From Candidatus Nealsonbacteria bacterium (lineage in GTDB: Bacteria > Patescibacteriota > Minisyncoccia > Minisyncoccales > UBA6532): a stretch of 64,000 nucleotides of DNA. Below are positions 1-9,488 of the stretch, piece after piece. The notes under the pieces are model-generated. The model was given only the letters and a program-made list of their open reading frames with translations, was not told the origin of the DNA and ran no database searches. Positions within the stretch are counted from its first letter, which is position 1. Every line of letters starts with the position of its first letter. The stretch spans positions 18,377 through 82,376 of the forward strand of contig JACPLN010000001.1 in assembly GCA_016186485.1 (NCBI GenBank). The letters are read 5' to 3'. Position numbers and translations under genes: made by a program.

Positions 1-55
1 CCATTAGCTCAGTAATAGAAAACCGAGGCCCGGCCTCGGCTCATTCATTCCCGGT

Positions 56-424
56 TTACTTCTGGCATTTAAGACAAAGACGGGCAGCGGTATAAATCTC
101 AAGGCGTTTTTCCTCTATAGATTTCCCGCATTTTTCGCACTTTCCAAAGGTGCCGTTTTTTATTTTCCCCAAGGCAAGATCAATATCTTTAAGCCTTGTT
201 TCAAGGTTATACTCAATCGGAAGATTGGTGGCATATGTTTCCACTTCGTCTGCGGCGTCTTCCAAAGATTCGCTCCCTATTCCCCCATTGTGTTTTGGGA
301 AACGAGTATCCCAATCTCCTTTTAGCTTAGGATCCTCGGTGGCAAATTCTTTGAGGCGATCCGCAACATCGGCCCTTTCCTTTTCTAGTTTCCCTTTGAT
401 TTCTTGAATAGTTTTTTTATCCAT
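56..424 (-). CDS. DksA/TraR family C4 zinc-finger protein
   Basis: Coiled coil with acidic tip (EDAADE) and C-terminal CxxC...CxxC (CEKC...CLKC); likely start MDKKT at 424. Confidence 0.85.
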   Translation of the reverse strand: MDKKTIQEIKGKLEKERADVADRLKEFATEDPKLKGDWDTRFPKHNGGIGSESLEDAADEVETYATNLPIEYNLETRLKDIDLALGKIKNGTFGKCEKCGKSIEEKRLEIYTAARLCLKCQK

Positions 425-634
425 AGTTTTGGTAATAAAAAAGAGGGTGCTGGCAGCCTCTAACATATTGTTGGGATAATAGACTCGCACCCTTCTTTCC
501 GGTGCCTTAAGCCGATTTTTGGGTAATACCCAGAATTCAGCAAAAGGACTTATAAGGTTCTGTTTCTATTTTCTCACAACAAAGAGACTGCGTCAAGGGC
601 TAAACTCATAATTTTTAAACAGTTTTTCCCCAGC

Positions 635-2056
635 TTACTTCAGCCCGCTTTTAAGCTTTATTATTTTAAGGACAGAATCGTTTATTCTTTTTTCGGAAAC
701 GTCCTGGTTTTGAACGGCCTCAAGCAGGGCCAGAACGGCTTCTTTTGGTTTTCTTTCAGAATCAGTGAACAGGATAATATCTACGCCGGAATTTATGGGA
801 GTAGCGGCCAGATCCTTTAAAGAAAACCCCATAAGGACGTTTTGGTTAAGGTCGTCCGTCATAATTAAATAGTCTCCCCGAATGCTTTCTTTGAGAAAGT
901 TAATTCCTTTTTCTGATAAGAAAAATCGCCTTTGGCTGTCAATTTCCGAAACAATAACGTTCGCAGCCATTATAAGCTCAGGATTTGCTTCTGCCGTTTT
1001 TTGAAATTGAGATATGACTGGAGTTGTTGGAATTCTTGCCGTTTTCTCTTCCGGGTTGAAATCAATCCCTGTGTAGCCGGGGAAATGCTTTAAGGCAGAG
1101 AATATGCCGGCTGCTCTCTGGCCTTCTATTATTGCTTTTCCAAGTTCTCCGGAAGTTTCAACGTCCTTTTGAAACCCTCTTTGGTAAAGGAAATCGCCAG
1201 GATTCAGCTCGTCCAACACCGGAGCCAGGTTTAAATTAAAACCAAGCTCTTTTAGTTCTCCGCCCCTGCGGAGCCCGACCTGAAAGGCTTGTTCTTTTGT
1301 TTCTATTTCAGCTTGCGAAGTCTTTTCTTCAAGGAAACCAACCCTGTTTACGGCGCCCCCTTCTTGATCTACGGCTACGAAAAGAGGAAGGCCAACGCTA
1401 TTTTTTGACGTTTCTTGAAGCCCCTGAATAAGCGTTTTTACCTGTTCTTTGCTTTCAATATTCTTTGAAAATAAAATAATCCCTCCCGGGGTCAGATCCG
1501 CAAAGACATTTTTTAGTTCTTCGGTTGCCTCCTTTCCTTCAAATCCAACAATAAACAGCTGGCCAATCCTCTCTTTTAGGGAAAGGGCGGCTAGCTTTTC
1601 TTCCGGCGAGAGAATAATTTCTTCTTGCTTTTGCTGAGTTTCTCTTACAAAGAAGTACCAATAGGCAAAAGAAATTATGAAAGTCAAAAGCAAAACTACG
1701 GCAACCCTGATTAAAACCTTTCCTATCCAGCCAGACCGCCATCTCCGAGCTGGCAGACTGGGTATTATTGCTTTTGGTTTTATTAATTTTTCTCTTTCTT
1801 CCGCTTCTTTCCGGATTATTTCCAGCCTTTCTCTTTCCCTTTTTTCTTCTTCCCTTGTTTCATTTTCCACTTCTTTTTTTGCCGAAACTTCTATCGGGGC
1901 CGGCTTTTTTAATTCATCCTCCCCTGTTTTTAGTTTTGTGATTCGCTCCCTTTCCGATTCAGCTTCTTTTTCCCGAAGCCCGGCTACGTCCTTAGCCATA
2001 GTTTTGACCTCCTCCCGTTTTAGAAATTCCAGTTTTTCCTTATCTTCTTCCGCCAT
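635..2056 (-). CDS. Membrane-anchored glycoside hydrolase family 3 (NagZ-like) protein
   Basis: VDQEGG, NLAPVLD, KHFPG, MTDDL motifs; charged N-terminus then one TM helix. Confidence 0.85.
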   Translation of the reverse strand: MAEEDKEKLEFLKREEVKTMAKDVAGLREKEAESERERITKLKTGEDELKKPAPIEVSAKKEVENETREEEKRERERLEIIRKEAEEREKLIKPKAIIPSLPARRWRSGWIGKVLIRVAVVLLLTFIISFAYWYFFVRETQQKQEEIILSPEEKLAALSLKERIGQLFIVGFEGKEATEELKNVFADLTPGGIILFSKNIESKEQVKTLIQGLQETSKNSVGLPLFVAVDQEGGAVNRVGFLEEKTSQAEIETKEQAFQVGLRRGGELKELGFNLNLAPVLDELNPGDFLYQRGFQKDVETSGELGKAIIEGQRAAGIFSALKHFPGYTGIDFNPEEKTARIPTTPVISQFQKTAEANPELIMAANVIVSEIDSQRRFFLSEKGINFLKESIRGDYLIMTDDLNQNVLMGFSLKDLAATPINSGVDIILFTDSERKPKEAVLALLEAVQNQDVSEKRINDSVLKIIKLKSGLK

Positions 2057-2061
2057 AAAAA

Positions 2062-4170
2062 TTATTTAATGTCTTTCATTGATAGATTTATCCTGCCAAT
2101 TTCGTCAATTTCTATTACTTTAACTGAAACAATATCTCCTATTTTCACAACGTCTTCAACTTTGTTCACTCTGTTTTTTGACAGCTGAGATATGTGAACC
2201 AGTCCTTCTTGGCCCGGAGCAATCTCTACAAAAGCCCCAAAAGGCAGAATTCTCTTTACTTTTCCTTCAAATACCTCCCCTATTTTTATTTCCCTGGTTA
2301 TATTCTCAATCCAGGCAACTGCTTTCTTGGCGGCTTCCTCTTTTTCCGCGGTGACGAATATGAGGCCGGAATCCTGAATGTCAATTTCTACCCCGCAGGT
2401 GTCAATTATTTCGTTTATCATTTTTCCGCCGGGCCCTATCACTTCCCTTATCTTATCCGGGTTGATTTGGATGGTAATGATTCTCGGGGCATACGGGGAC
2501 AATTCTGGCCTCGGATTCGCCAGAACCCCGGTTATTTTTTCAAGAATCTGAAGCCTTGCTTCTTTCGCTCTTTTCATAGCTTCTTTGAATATTTCTTTTG
2601 TTATTCCATGAACCTTTACGTCCATCTGTATTGCGGTAACCCCCTCTTTTGTGCCCGCAACCTTAAAATCCATATCTCCGTGGTGGTCTTCCGGCCCTTG
2701 AATATCGGTTAAAATCTTGTAGTTTTTCCTTTCATCTGACATTAATCCTATGGCAATGCCGGCTGCCGGAGCTTTGATGGGAACCCCGGCATCCATTAGG
2801 GCCAAAGATGAGCCGCAAACAGAGGCCATAGAAGTGGATCCGTTTGAAGACAGGATTTCAGATACAATTCTGATGGTGTAAGGGAATTTTTCAAAAGTGG
2901 GGATTAGGGGCATTAACGCTTTTTCTGCGAGCATTCCGTGGCCGATTTCCCTTCTCCCGGGCCCCCTCATTGGCTTTATTTCCCCGGAAGAGTAGGGAGG
3001 GAAGTTGTAGTGATGCATAAAGCGCTTTTTGCCGGACATTTCCATGCCCTCAACCAATCTTTGGTCTCCGGGAGCCCCTAGAGTCAATATGGAGAGGGAT
3101 TTTGTTTCTCCTCTCATAAAGAGCCCGGAGCCGTGGGTTCTGGGCAAAATCCCGGCTTCGCAATTCAATTCTCTTACCTGATCCAATTTTCTGCCATCAG
3201 GCCTTTTTTCTTCCTTGATTGCCTTTTCGTGGACCAACCTATCCGTTTCTTTTTCAAAAAAGTCCTGGGCATATTTGTTTTTTCCCGATCCCGGGTATTT
3301 TTCTTCAATATAAAGGGCGAGTTCTTCTTTTAAGGCGCCGATTCCGTCTGTTTTAAGACTCTTATCTTTTGGGTAGAGCGTCTCTTCCAGCTTTGATCCT
3401 AAGAATTCCTTTATCTCTTTTTCAAGATCCGGATCTTTAGCCGGAGGAGCCAGCGCTATTTTTTCTTTGCCTATTTCTTTCTTGATTTGCCCAAGAAATT
3501 CAACCACTTTTTTTAAGTATGGTTCCGCAAATTCAAAAGCTTCAAAAACGATATCTTCGTTCGCTTCGCTCCCCTCCATTTCAATCATATTTAAAAGAAG
3601 TTCGTTTCCTTCTTTGACTGCCGAAACAATGAAATCAAACTGGCTTTTAACCCTTTCTTCATAGGTGGGGTTGATAAGGAATTTTTCGCCGATTCTGCCT
3701 ATTCTTGCCGACGCCATGTCTCCCTGCCAAGGTATGTCAGAAATGTTCAGGGCGTTAAATGCGGCAACCAATCCCAAAACATCCGGGTCATTCTGGCTAT
3801 CCCAAGAAAGAGTGGTGATAACAACCTGAACTTCTCTGCCCAGATTCTTGGGGAAACGCGGCCTTATGGCCCTGTCAATCAATCTTGCGGTAATTATTGC
3901 TTCATCTGTTGGGCGCCCCTCTCTTTTTATAAAGCGGGGTCCCAGTATCTTTCCCGCCGCATAAAATCTTTCTTCGTATTCAACGGTTAAGGGAAAGAAA
4001 TCTTGCGCTTTTGCAGAACCCTTAGACATTACCGCCGTAGCCAATATCATTGTGTCCCCGTATCTTACAAGGCAGCTGCCGTTGGTGTTGCTTGCCAGAT
4101 CCCTTATTTCAACGACAAGATCTTTTCCCCCTATTTCTAATTTAAATGTTTTTTTATTTTCTTTGCTCAT
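2062..4170 (-). CDS. pnp: Polyribonucleotide nucleotidyltransferase
   Basis: RREIGHG, SNGSTSMAS, GDMDFKVAGT motifs; KH and S1 domains. Confidence 0.98.
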   Translation of the reverse strand: MSKENKKTFKLEIGGKDLVVEIRDLASNTNGSCLVRYGDTMILATAVMSKGSAKAQDFFPLTVEYEERFYAAGKILGPRFIKREGRPTDEAIITARLIDRAIRPRFPKNLGREVQVVITTLSWDSQNDPDVLGLVAAFNALNISDIPWQGDMASARIGRIGEKFLINPTYEERVKSQFDFIVSAVKEGNELLLNMIEMEGSEANEDIVFEAFEFAEPYLKKVVEFLGQIKKEIGKEKIALAPPAKDPDLEKEIKEFLGSKLEETLYPKDKSLKTDGIGALKEELALYIEEKYPGSGKNKYAQDFFEKETDRLVHEKAIKEEKRPDGRKLDQVRELNCEAGILPRTHGSGLFMRGETKSLSILTLGAPGDQRLVEGMEMSGKKRFMHHYNFPPYSSGEIKPMRGPGRREIGHGMLAEKALMPLIPTFEKFPYTIRIVSEILSSNGSTSMASVCGSSLALMDAGVPIKAPAAGIAIGLMSDERKNYKILTDIQGPEDHHGDMDFKVAGTKEGVTAIQMDVKVHGITKEIFKEAMKRAKEARLQILEKITGVLANPRPELSPYAPRIITIQINPDKIREVIGPGGKMINEIIDTCGVEIDIQDSGLIFVTAEKEEAAKKAVAWIENITREIKIGEVFEGKVKRILPFGAFVEIAPGQEGLVHISQLSKNRVNKVEDVVKIGDIVSVKVIEIDEIGRINLSMKDIK

Positions 4171-4670
4171 GTTTTTAACAAGTATTTATTAGTATTCTTG
4201 CCTAAATCCAGAAAGCTATCCGCAACTTCTTTTAGTTTTCCCGAGGCCGATCTGCCAAACGCCGCAATTTCTACCAACGCTGGTTTTGCGTATTTTATGT
4301 ACTCAACCAACGGGAAGAAGTCCCCATCGCCCGTTATTAAAACAATAACGTCCGCGCTGTCGCTGAATTTTATTGCGTCAACGGCAATTCCGACATCCCA
4401 ATCCCCTTTCTTCAATCCCCCGGGGTAAACCTGAAGATCTTTCATTTTTACTTCAATGCCGATTCTTTTTAGCGCCTCGTAAAATCCTTTTTCCTCGCCC
4501 CCTTCCGTTTTAATGCCGTATGCCATGGCCCTGACTAAATTTCTTCCGGCAACAGCGCCTTTCAGCACTTCTTTGAAGTTAACCTTTTTGCCGTAAAGGT
4601 GTTTTGCCGAATGATAGAGATTTTGGACGTCAATAAAAACGGCAACCCTTTGCTCTTGCTTTATTGGCAT
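4167..4670 (-). CDS. NYN domain (LabA/DUF88-like) protein
   Basis: FIDVQN, KGDWDVGIAVD, TGDGDF motifs. Confidence 0.9.
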   Translation of the reverse strand: MPIKQEQRVAVFIDVQNLYHSAKHLYGKKVNFKEVLKGAVAGRNLVRAMAYGIKTEGGEEKGFYEALKRIGIEVKMKDLQVYPGGLKKGDWDVGIAVDAIKFSDSADVIVLITGDGDFFPLVEYIKYAKPALVEIAAFGRSASGKLKEVADSFLDLGKNTNKYLLKT

Positions 4671-4671
4671 T

Positions 4672-4938
4672 TTATTTCTTTAAACCTATTTTTTTAATAA
4701 TGCCGTTGTATCTCCTGGCGTTTTCTTTTTGAAGATAATCCAAAAGAGATCTTCTTTTTCCGACCATATTTAAAAGGCCTCTCTTTGAATGGAAATCCTT
4801 AGCATGCTTTTTTAAATGCAAAAGCAGCTTCTTAATTTCTTCGGTTAAGAGGGCAACCTGGACTTCGGGAGAGCCGGTGTCCGACTCGTGCAGTTTGTAT
4901 TTTTTGACGATTTTTGTTTTTTCTTCCGGCGTCAGCAT
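4672..4938 (-). CDS. rpsO: 30S ribosomal protein S15
   Basis: [22 protein letters not shown]; start MLTPEEK at 4938. Confidence 0.97.
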   Translation of the reverse strand: MLTPEEKTKIVKKYKLHESDTGSPEVQVALLTEEIKKLLLHLKKHAKDFHSKRGLLNMVGKRRSLLDYLQKENARRYNGIIKKIGLKK

Positions 4939-4996
4939 TTTTTTAAAAATAGCGATCGTTTTTATTATACTCCATAGATTATCAACCACGCAAATG

Positions 4997-5069
4997 TGCC
5001 CCCAGCAGGGCTCGAACCTGCAACCTTATCCTTAAGAGGGATCTGCTCTACCAACTGAGCTATGGGGGC
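4997..5069 (-). tRNA. tRNA-Lys(CTT)
   Basis: Cloverleaf; anticodon CTT, T-loop GTTCGAG. Confidence 0.95.
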
Positions 5070-5075
5070 TCTAAA

Positions 5076-5507
5076 TTAGCGGATTGTGCAGTTGAATTGG
5101 GCCCATTTGTCTGCGCCGGTAAAGCTGATGGCAAAGTCGGAAACCCCAATTGCTTTAAAAACCGTATTGACCATTATAAACGCTCCGAAAATAATCGCAA
5201 CTCCTATCACCGCGGCCGTCAATATTTTCTTACCTGTTTCCACCTGACTTGGGTTTCCGGCAGCGGTAACCAGCATAAACCCGCCGATCATCAGCATTAA
5301 AACAGCTATAGGCGTAACAATAAAATTGATAATCCAGCCCCAGACGCGGTTTATCAGCTCAAAAAGATGGCAAATATTGCAAGGGTTGCCTGCTTCTCCG
5401 CAGGGTACTAGGCCGGCAGAAAAACCGGCCAAAGGCAAAAACAAAACACCCAGCGCAAAAACCAACATTGACTTTTGAATTTTAAGCTTTAGTTTTGAGA
5501 TTTGCAT
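5076..5507 (-). CDS. TrbC/VirB2-like Patescibacteria pilin
   Basis: Signal peptide, GLVPCG..C motif, two hydrophobic helices with AAGNPSQVETGKKIL loop; start may be at 5468. Confidence 0.7.
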   Translation of the reverse strand: MQISKLKLKIQKSMLVFALGVLFLPLAGFSAGLVPCGEAGNPCNICHLFELINRVWGWIINFIVTPIAVLMLMIGGFMLVTAAGNPSQVETGKKILTAAVIGVAIIFGAFIMVNTVFKAIGVSDFAISFTGADKWAQFNCTIR

Positions 5508-5535
5508 TTTGAATTTTGAGTTTAGCGGTAGCGCC

Positions 5536-5613
5536 TGGTGCCCCCGGAAGGACTTGAACCCTCACAAACCTAGTTCCGAAGACTAGTGCTCTATCCGATT
5601 GAGCTACGGGGGC
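5536..5613 (-). tRNA. tRNA-Arg(TCG)
   Basis: Cloverleaf with encoded CCA; anticodon TCG. Confidence 0.95.
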
Positions 5614-6042
5614 TAATATTCTTAAACCAACCAAATTGTCTGGCTGTTTTTTTTCTGTGACAGTTAGCGCATCTCACATCACATTTTTTACTTCTTGTTC
5701 AATTTTTTGTATAGGGTATCGCCCCGTTATCAATAATGAGACCTCTTTTAGTTTATTTCCTCTATGGTCAAATTCTAAAACAGTAGTATCTTTTTCACCA
5801 CAATCCACGCACGGGTGTTTTAGTAAAAAATCTCGAATAAAACTCCGTATTTTTAATCTATTATTTGCATTCCTCTTTCTAGTTTTTTCTAAATAGTATG
5901 TTCTATTATTGTAATAATGGTTTCTTATCAGTTCCCTAGTGCACTTTTTGCACTGGTATTGTCGCAACCCCAAAGCTTTAATTTTAAAACTAAATTGATT
6001 TAGGCCTTTTTCAATTTTACATCTTGTACACCTTTTCGTCAT
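5591..6042 (-). pseudogene. HNH endonuclease-like gene, frameshifted near 5685
   Basis: CxxC pairs and PCVDCGE..LEFDH; alternative frame continues CDVRCANCHRKKT into the tRNA. Confidence 0.7.
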
Positions 6043-6201
6043 CTATTAAATAATACGTCGTATTGTCCAATTATACCACGGGGGCCCCATACAGACCCTT
6101 TTCAATTTTCTGTCGGGCCCGGCCCGTAAGGGCATAGGGCGCATAACTTATTCTACCACAACAGTTGAAAAATTCAATTTTAAGGGTAAGATAAATTAAA
6201 C

Positions 6202-7662
6202 ATGATTATTCCAAAAGAAATAAAAGATATAATTTTGAAGCTGAATAAGGCGGGATTTGAAGCTTACGTTGTCGGAGGCTGCGTTCGCGATATTTTAACA
6301 GGAGTGGATCCAAAAGATTGGGATGTGACAACAAGCGCAAAGCCGGAAGAATTAAGAAAGCTGTTTCCCAAAAGTTTTTACGAAAATAAATTCTATACCG
6401 TAACCGTTCAAACCAACAGCAAGAACCCTGTCTTAAAAGAAATTGAGGTTACCACTTTCAGATCAGAGACAAAGTACACAGACAAAAGGCATCCCGACGA
6501 AATAAAGCCAGCTAAAAACCTTAAAGAAGACCTGGCAAGAAGGGACTTTACGGTAAATGCGCTTGCCCTTCGGCTTCGCTCGGGGCAAGCTCCTGAAATT
6601 ATTGATCATTTTGGGGGACGGAAAGATCTTGAAGATAAGCTTATTAGGGCGGTAGGAAATCCGGCGGAAAGATTTGACGAAGACGCTTTAAGGTTAATGA
6701 GAGCAGTAAGATTTGCCGCAACCCTGGGTTTTGCAATTGAAAACAAGACTCTTGAGGCGATCAGGGAAAACGCCGAAACCCTCAGCTTCATTTCAAAAGA
6801 AAGAATCAGGGATGAGTTTTTGAAGATAGCAATGTCGGAGAATGCGGCCCAAGGCCTTGAATTATTAAGAGAAAACGGCTTGTTAAAGTTTATTATTCCT
6901 GAACTTGAGGAAGGATACGGAGTCGGCCAAAACAAGCACCATATTTACGACTGTTATACCCACAACCTTCTTTCTTTTAAATACGCAGCTCAAAAAGGCT
7001 TTAACCAACAAGTGAGGATAGCCGCCCTGCTTCACGATGTTGCCAAACCCAGGGTTAAGCGCGGAAACGGCCCGAACTCCACTTTTTATAACCATGAAGT
7101 TGTCGGTGCAAAAATGGCGGCCCAAATACTGGATAGGCTTCGTTTCTCCAAAAAAGACGCTGAAAAGATCGTTAAGCTTGTTAGATATCACCTTTTTTAC
7201 TATAATGTGGACGAGGTTACAGAATCTTCAGTAAGGCGTTTGGTAAGGAATGTCGGGCCGGAAAATATGGAAGAATTGCTCCAGGTAAGAATGTGCGACC
7301 GCATTGGTTCGGGGGTGCCAAAGGCCGAACCATATAAGCTTCGCCATTTAAAGTATGTTATTGATAAGGTTTCTCAAGATCCTATTTCCGTAAAAATGCT
7401 GAAAGTGAGCGGTAACGACATAATGAAGCTATTGAAGATAAAACCCGGGCCAAAGATCGGCAAAATCCTGGATATTTTATTAGGGAAAGTATTAGACGAT
7501 CCAAAGAATAACACCAAAGCGTTTCTTGAGAAACAACTAAAAGATTTAAGCGAATTATCAGAAAAAGAGCTGGAAAAGTTGGCAAACGAGGCCAAAGATA
7601 AGAGGCAGAAACTTGAAATAAAGAGAGATAATATGACAAAGAGCAAATATTGGGTAACGTAA
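6202..7662 (+). CDS. cca: CCA tRNA nucleotidyltransferase / poly(A) polymerase family with HD domain
   Basis: VGGCVRD, DWDVTT, RRDFTVNA, EDALRLMRAVRF, LLHDVAK. Confidence 0.92.
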   Translation: MIIPKEIKDIILKLNKAGFEAYVVGGCVRDILTGVDPKDWDVTTSAKPEELRKLFPKSFYENKFYTVTVQTNSKNPVLKEIEVTTFRSETKYTDKRHPDEIKPAKNLKEDLARRDFTVNALALRLRSGQAPEIIDHFGGRKDLEDKLIRAVGNPAERFDEDALRLMRAVRFAATLGFAIENKTLEAIRENAETLSFISKERIRDEFLKIAMSENAAQGLELLRENGLLKFIIPELEEGYGVGQNKHHIYDCYTHNLLSFKYAAQKGFNQQVRIAALLHDVAKPRVKRGNGPNSTFYNHEVVGAKMAAQILDRLRFSKKDAEKIVKLVRYHLFYYNVDEVTESSVRRLVRNVGPENMEELLQVRMCDRIGSGVPKAEPYKLRHLKYVIDKVSQDPISVKMLKVSGNDIMKLLKIKPGPKIGKILDILLGKVLDDPKNNTKAFLEKQLKDLSELSEKELEKLANEAKDKRQKLEIKRDNMTKSKYWVT

Positions 7663-7667
7663 AATTT

Positions 7668-7958
7668 ATGGAATTATCAATAATAATTGCCGCGTTCGGC
7701 GGCGGAGCGGTCAGGGGAATGGTCGGTTTTATTAAGCACCAGTTCGCCTATAAGAACGTGGGTTTTAATGTTCCCTATTTTTTGGCAATGATTTTTCTTT
7801 CCGGCACGGTTGGCGTTATGGTGGCGGCCGCATTTAACGTTAATGCCGTTTTCGCCTTTATTATTGGGTATGCCGGAGGCGACTTTCTGGAGAACGTCTA
7901 TAAGATTATTGCAAAAAAGCCCGAGATTTACCTTCCTTTTAAAAACATCAAGCCTTAG
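7668..7958 (+). CDS. Small membrane protein, unknown function
   Basis: Hydrophobic ORF directly after cca. Confidence 0.7.
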   Translation: MELSIIIAAFGGGAVRGMVGFIKHQFAYKNVGFNVPYFLAMIFLSGTVGVMVAAAFNVNAVFAFIIGYAGGDFLENVYKIIAKKPEIYLPFKNIKP

Positions 7959-7968
7959 GGCAGCTGTT

Positions 7969-8003
7969 TGGGCTATTGCTTCCTCGGAGGAAGCAATAGC
8001 CCA
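7969..8003. repeat. REP-like palindrome copy 1
   Basis: GGGCTATTGCTTCCTCGGAGGAAGCAATAGCCC. Confidence 0.95.
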
Positions 8004-8051
8004 GGTGTTTGTCGTGAAACAATTGTCGTGAAACAATCGCTAAAATTTTAA

Positions 8052-8122
8052 CGGAGAGTAGTGTAGCGGCAGCACGAGTCCTTCGGGAGGATTTAGCCCG
8101 GGTTCGAATCCCGGCTCTCCGA
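8052..8122 (+). tRNA. tRNA-Pro(CGG)
   Basis: Cloverleaf; anticodon CGG. Confidence 0.93.
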
Positions 8123-8134
8123 CTAAAAATCTTT

Positions 8135-9136
8135 ATGAAAATAGCTATTTTTGAGGTTGGCAAAGAAGAATCAGAAACAATCAAGAACGTGCTTTCAGAA
8201 CACGAAACTGTTTTGTTTGAAGGGAATCTGCAAGATAAGCTCGGCAACATAAAAGATTTTGAATGCGTGTCTGTTAGAGTTTATTCAAGGGTTGATAAGG
8301 AATTAATTGATAGCCTTCCTAATTTGAAGCTGATTGCAATCAGGGGCACTGGTTTTGATAATGTTGACGTCAAACACGCTGTTAAGCGCGGAATTGCTGT
8401 CTGCAATGTGCCGCGTTACGGCGAGAGCGCAGTGGCTGAACACGCGTTCGCTTTAATTTTGGCTTTAGCAAAAAACATTGTTTTGGCATCGGAAAGGACG
8501 AAAAACGGCAACTTTAGTTTGGATGGATTAGAGGGGGTTGAATTAAAAGATAAGATCATTGGACTGATTGGCTGCGGCAATATTGGAAGAAAAACAGCCC
8601 AGATTGCCAATGGTTTTGGCATGAAGATTCTGGTTTATGACACAAATCCCGATACTGATCTTGTAAAAAGTCTTGGCGTAAAATATGTTGACTACGATTA
8701 TCTTTTAGCTAATTCTGATATTTTAAGCTTCCATGCGCCTCTTTCCCCGAACACCAAGCATATGTTCAACAAATACAGCCTAAAGATTGTTAAAAAAGGC
8801 GTTATTCTGATTAATACTGCCAGGGGGGAGATTGTTGAAACAGAAGCGATTCTTATCGGCCTTCAAAATGGCATTATTAAAGCGGCCGGGCTGGATGTTC
8901 TGGAGGAAGAATGTTTTGTTAAAGAGGAGATCCAGCTTTTGAGCGAGGAATTCGCAAAGACGTGCAATATAAAAACTTTATTAGAGGGACATTTGTTGAC
9001 AAAAAAAGATAACGTTATCATTACTCCTCACAGCGCTTTTTATTCAAAAGAAGCCCTTGAGCGCAAGGTAGAAATTGCCTGCCAGAACATTTTGAGCTTT
9101 ATTGACGGCCACCCGATTAATATCATTACTGTTTAA
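8135..9136 (+). CDS. D-2-hydroxyacid dehydrogenase (D-lactate dehydrogenase-like)
   Basis: GFDNVD, GCGNIG, INTARG, LDVLEEE, TPHSAF. Confidence 0.92.
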   Translation: MKIAIFEVGKEESETIKNVLSEHETVLFEGNLQDKLGNIKDFECVSVRVYSRVDKELIDSLPNLKLIAIRGTGFDNVDVKHAVKRGIAVCNVPRYGESAVAEHAFALILALAKNIVLASERTKNGNFSLDGLEGVELKDKIIGLIGCGNIGRKTAQIANGFGMKILVYDTNPDTDLVKSLGVKYVDYDYLLANSDILSFHAPLSPNTKHMFNKYSLKIVKKGVILINTARGEIVETEAILIGLQNGIIKAAGLDVLEEECFVKEEIQLLSEEFAKTCNIKTLLEGHLLTKKDNVIITPHSAFYSKEALERKVEIACQNILSFIDGHPINIITV

Positions 9137-9182
9137 GAAATGCGACAAAATGCGACATTGTCGCAATGTCGCATTATTCATT

Positions 9183-9464
9183 ATGAAAATTACCATTTTT
9201 TATACCGGGAACGCATATAGTTTCATGAGAAACATTGGATATACCCCTCTTAGAGAATCTTATGTTAAAAGACTTGGCCAGGGCGATTACCCCAGATTTC
9301 ATGCCTATATTAAGCAAGCTGGCGGCAAATTAATAATTAACCTTCATTTAGACCAGAAAAAGCCTATTTATAAAGGCGTTTCCGCGCACAGCGGAGAGTA
9401 TGTAGGAGAATTGGTGGAAAAAGAAGCAGAAAGAATAAAAAATGCTCGCATTGGCGAGCCTTAA
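9183..9464 (+). CDS. Hypothetical protein
   Basis: Open frame with YPRFHAYI...NLHLDQK...AHSGEY. Confidence 0.7.
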   Translation: MKITIFYTGNAYSFMRNIGYTPLRESYVKRLGQGDYPRFHAYIKQAGGKLIINLHLDQKKPIYKGVSAHSGEYVGELVEKEAERIKNARIGEP

Positions 9465-9488
9465 TTTTGTCCATGATAGCCCATTCGG

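Noticed and set aside
6050..6090. Split or intron-containing tRNA half
   Set aside because: A D-arm-like fold is possible but no anticodon or T arm follows; an extended -10 promoter explains it equally well.
7677..8036. Short ORFs sharing 'AIASSEEAIA' (also 11557, 56122, 57701)
   Set aside because: The shared peptide is only the translated REP palindrome.
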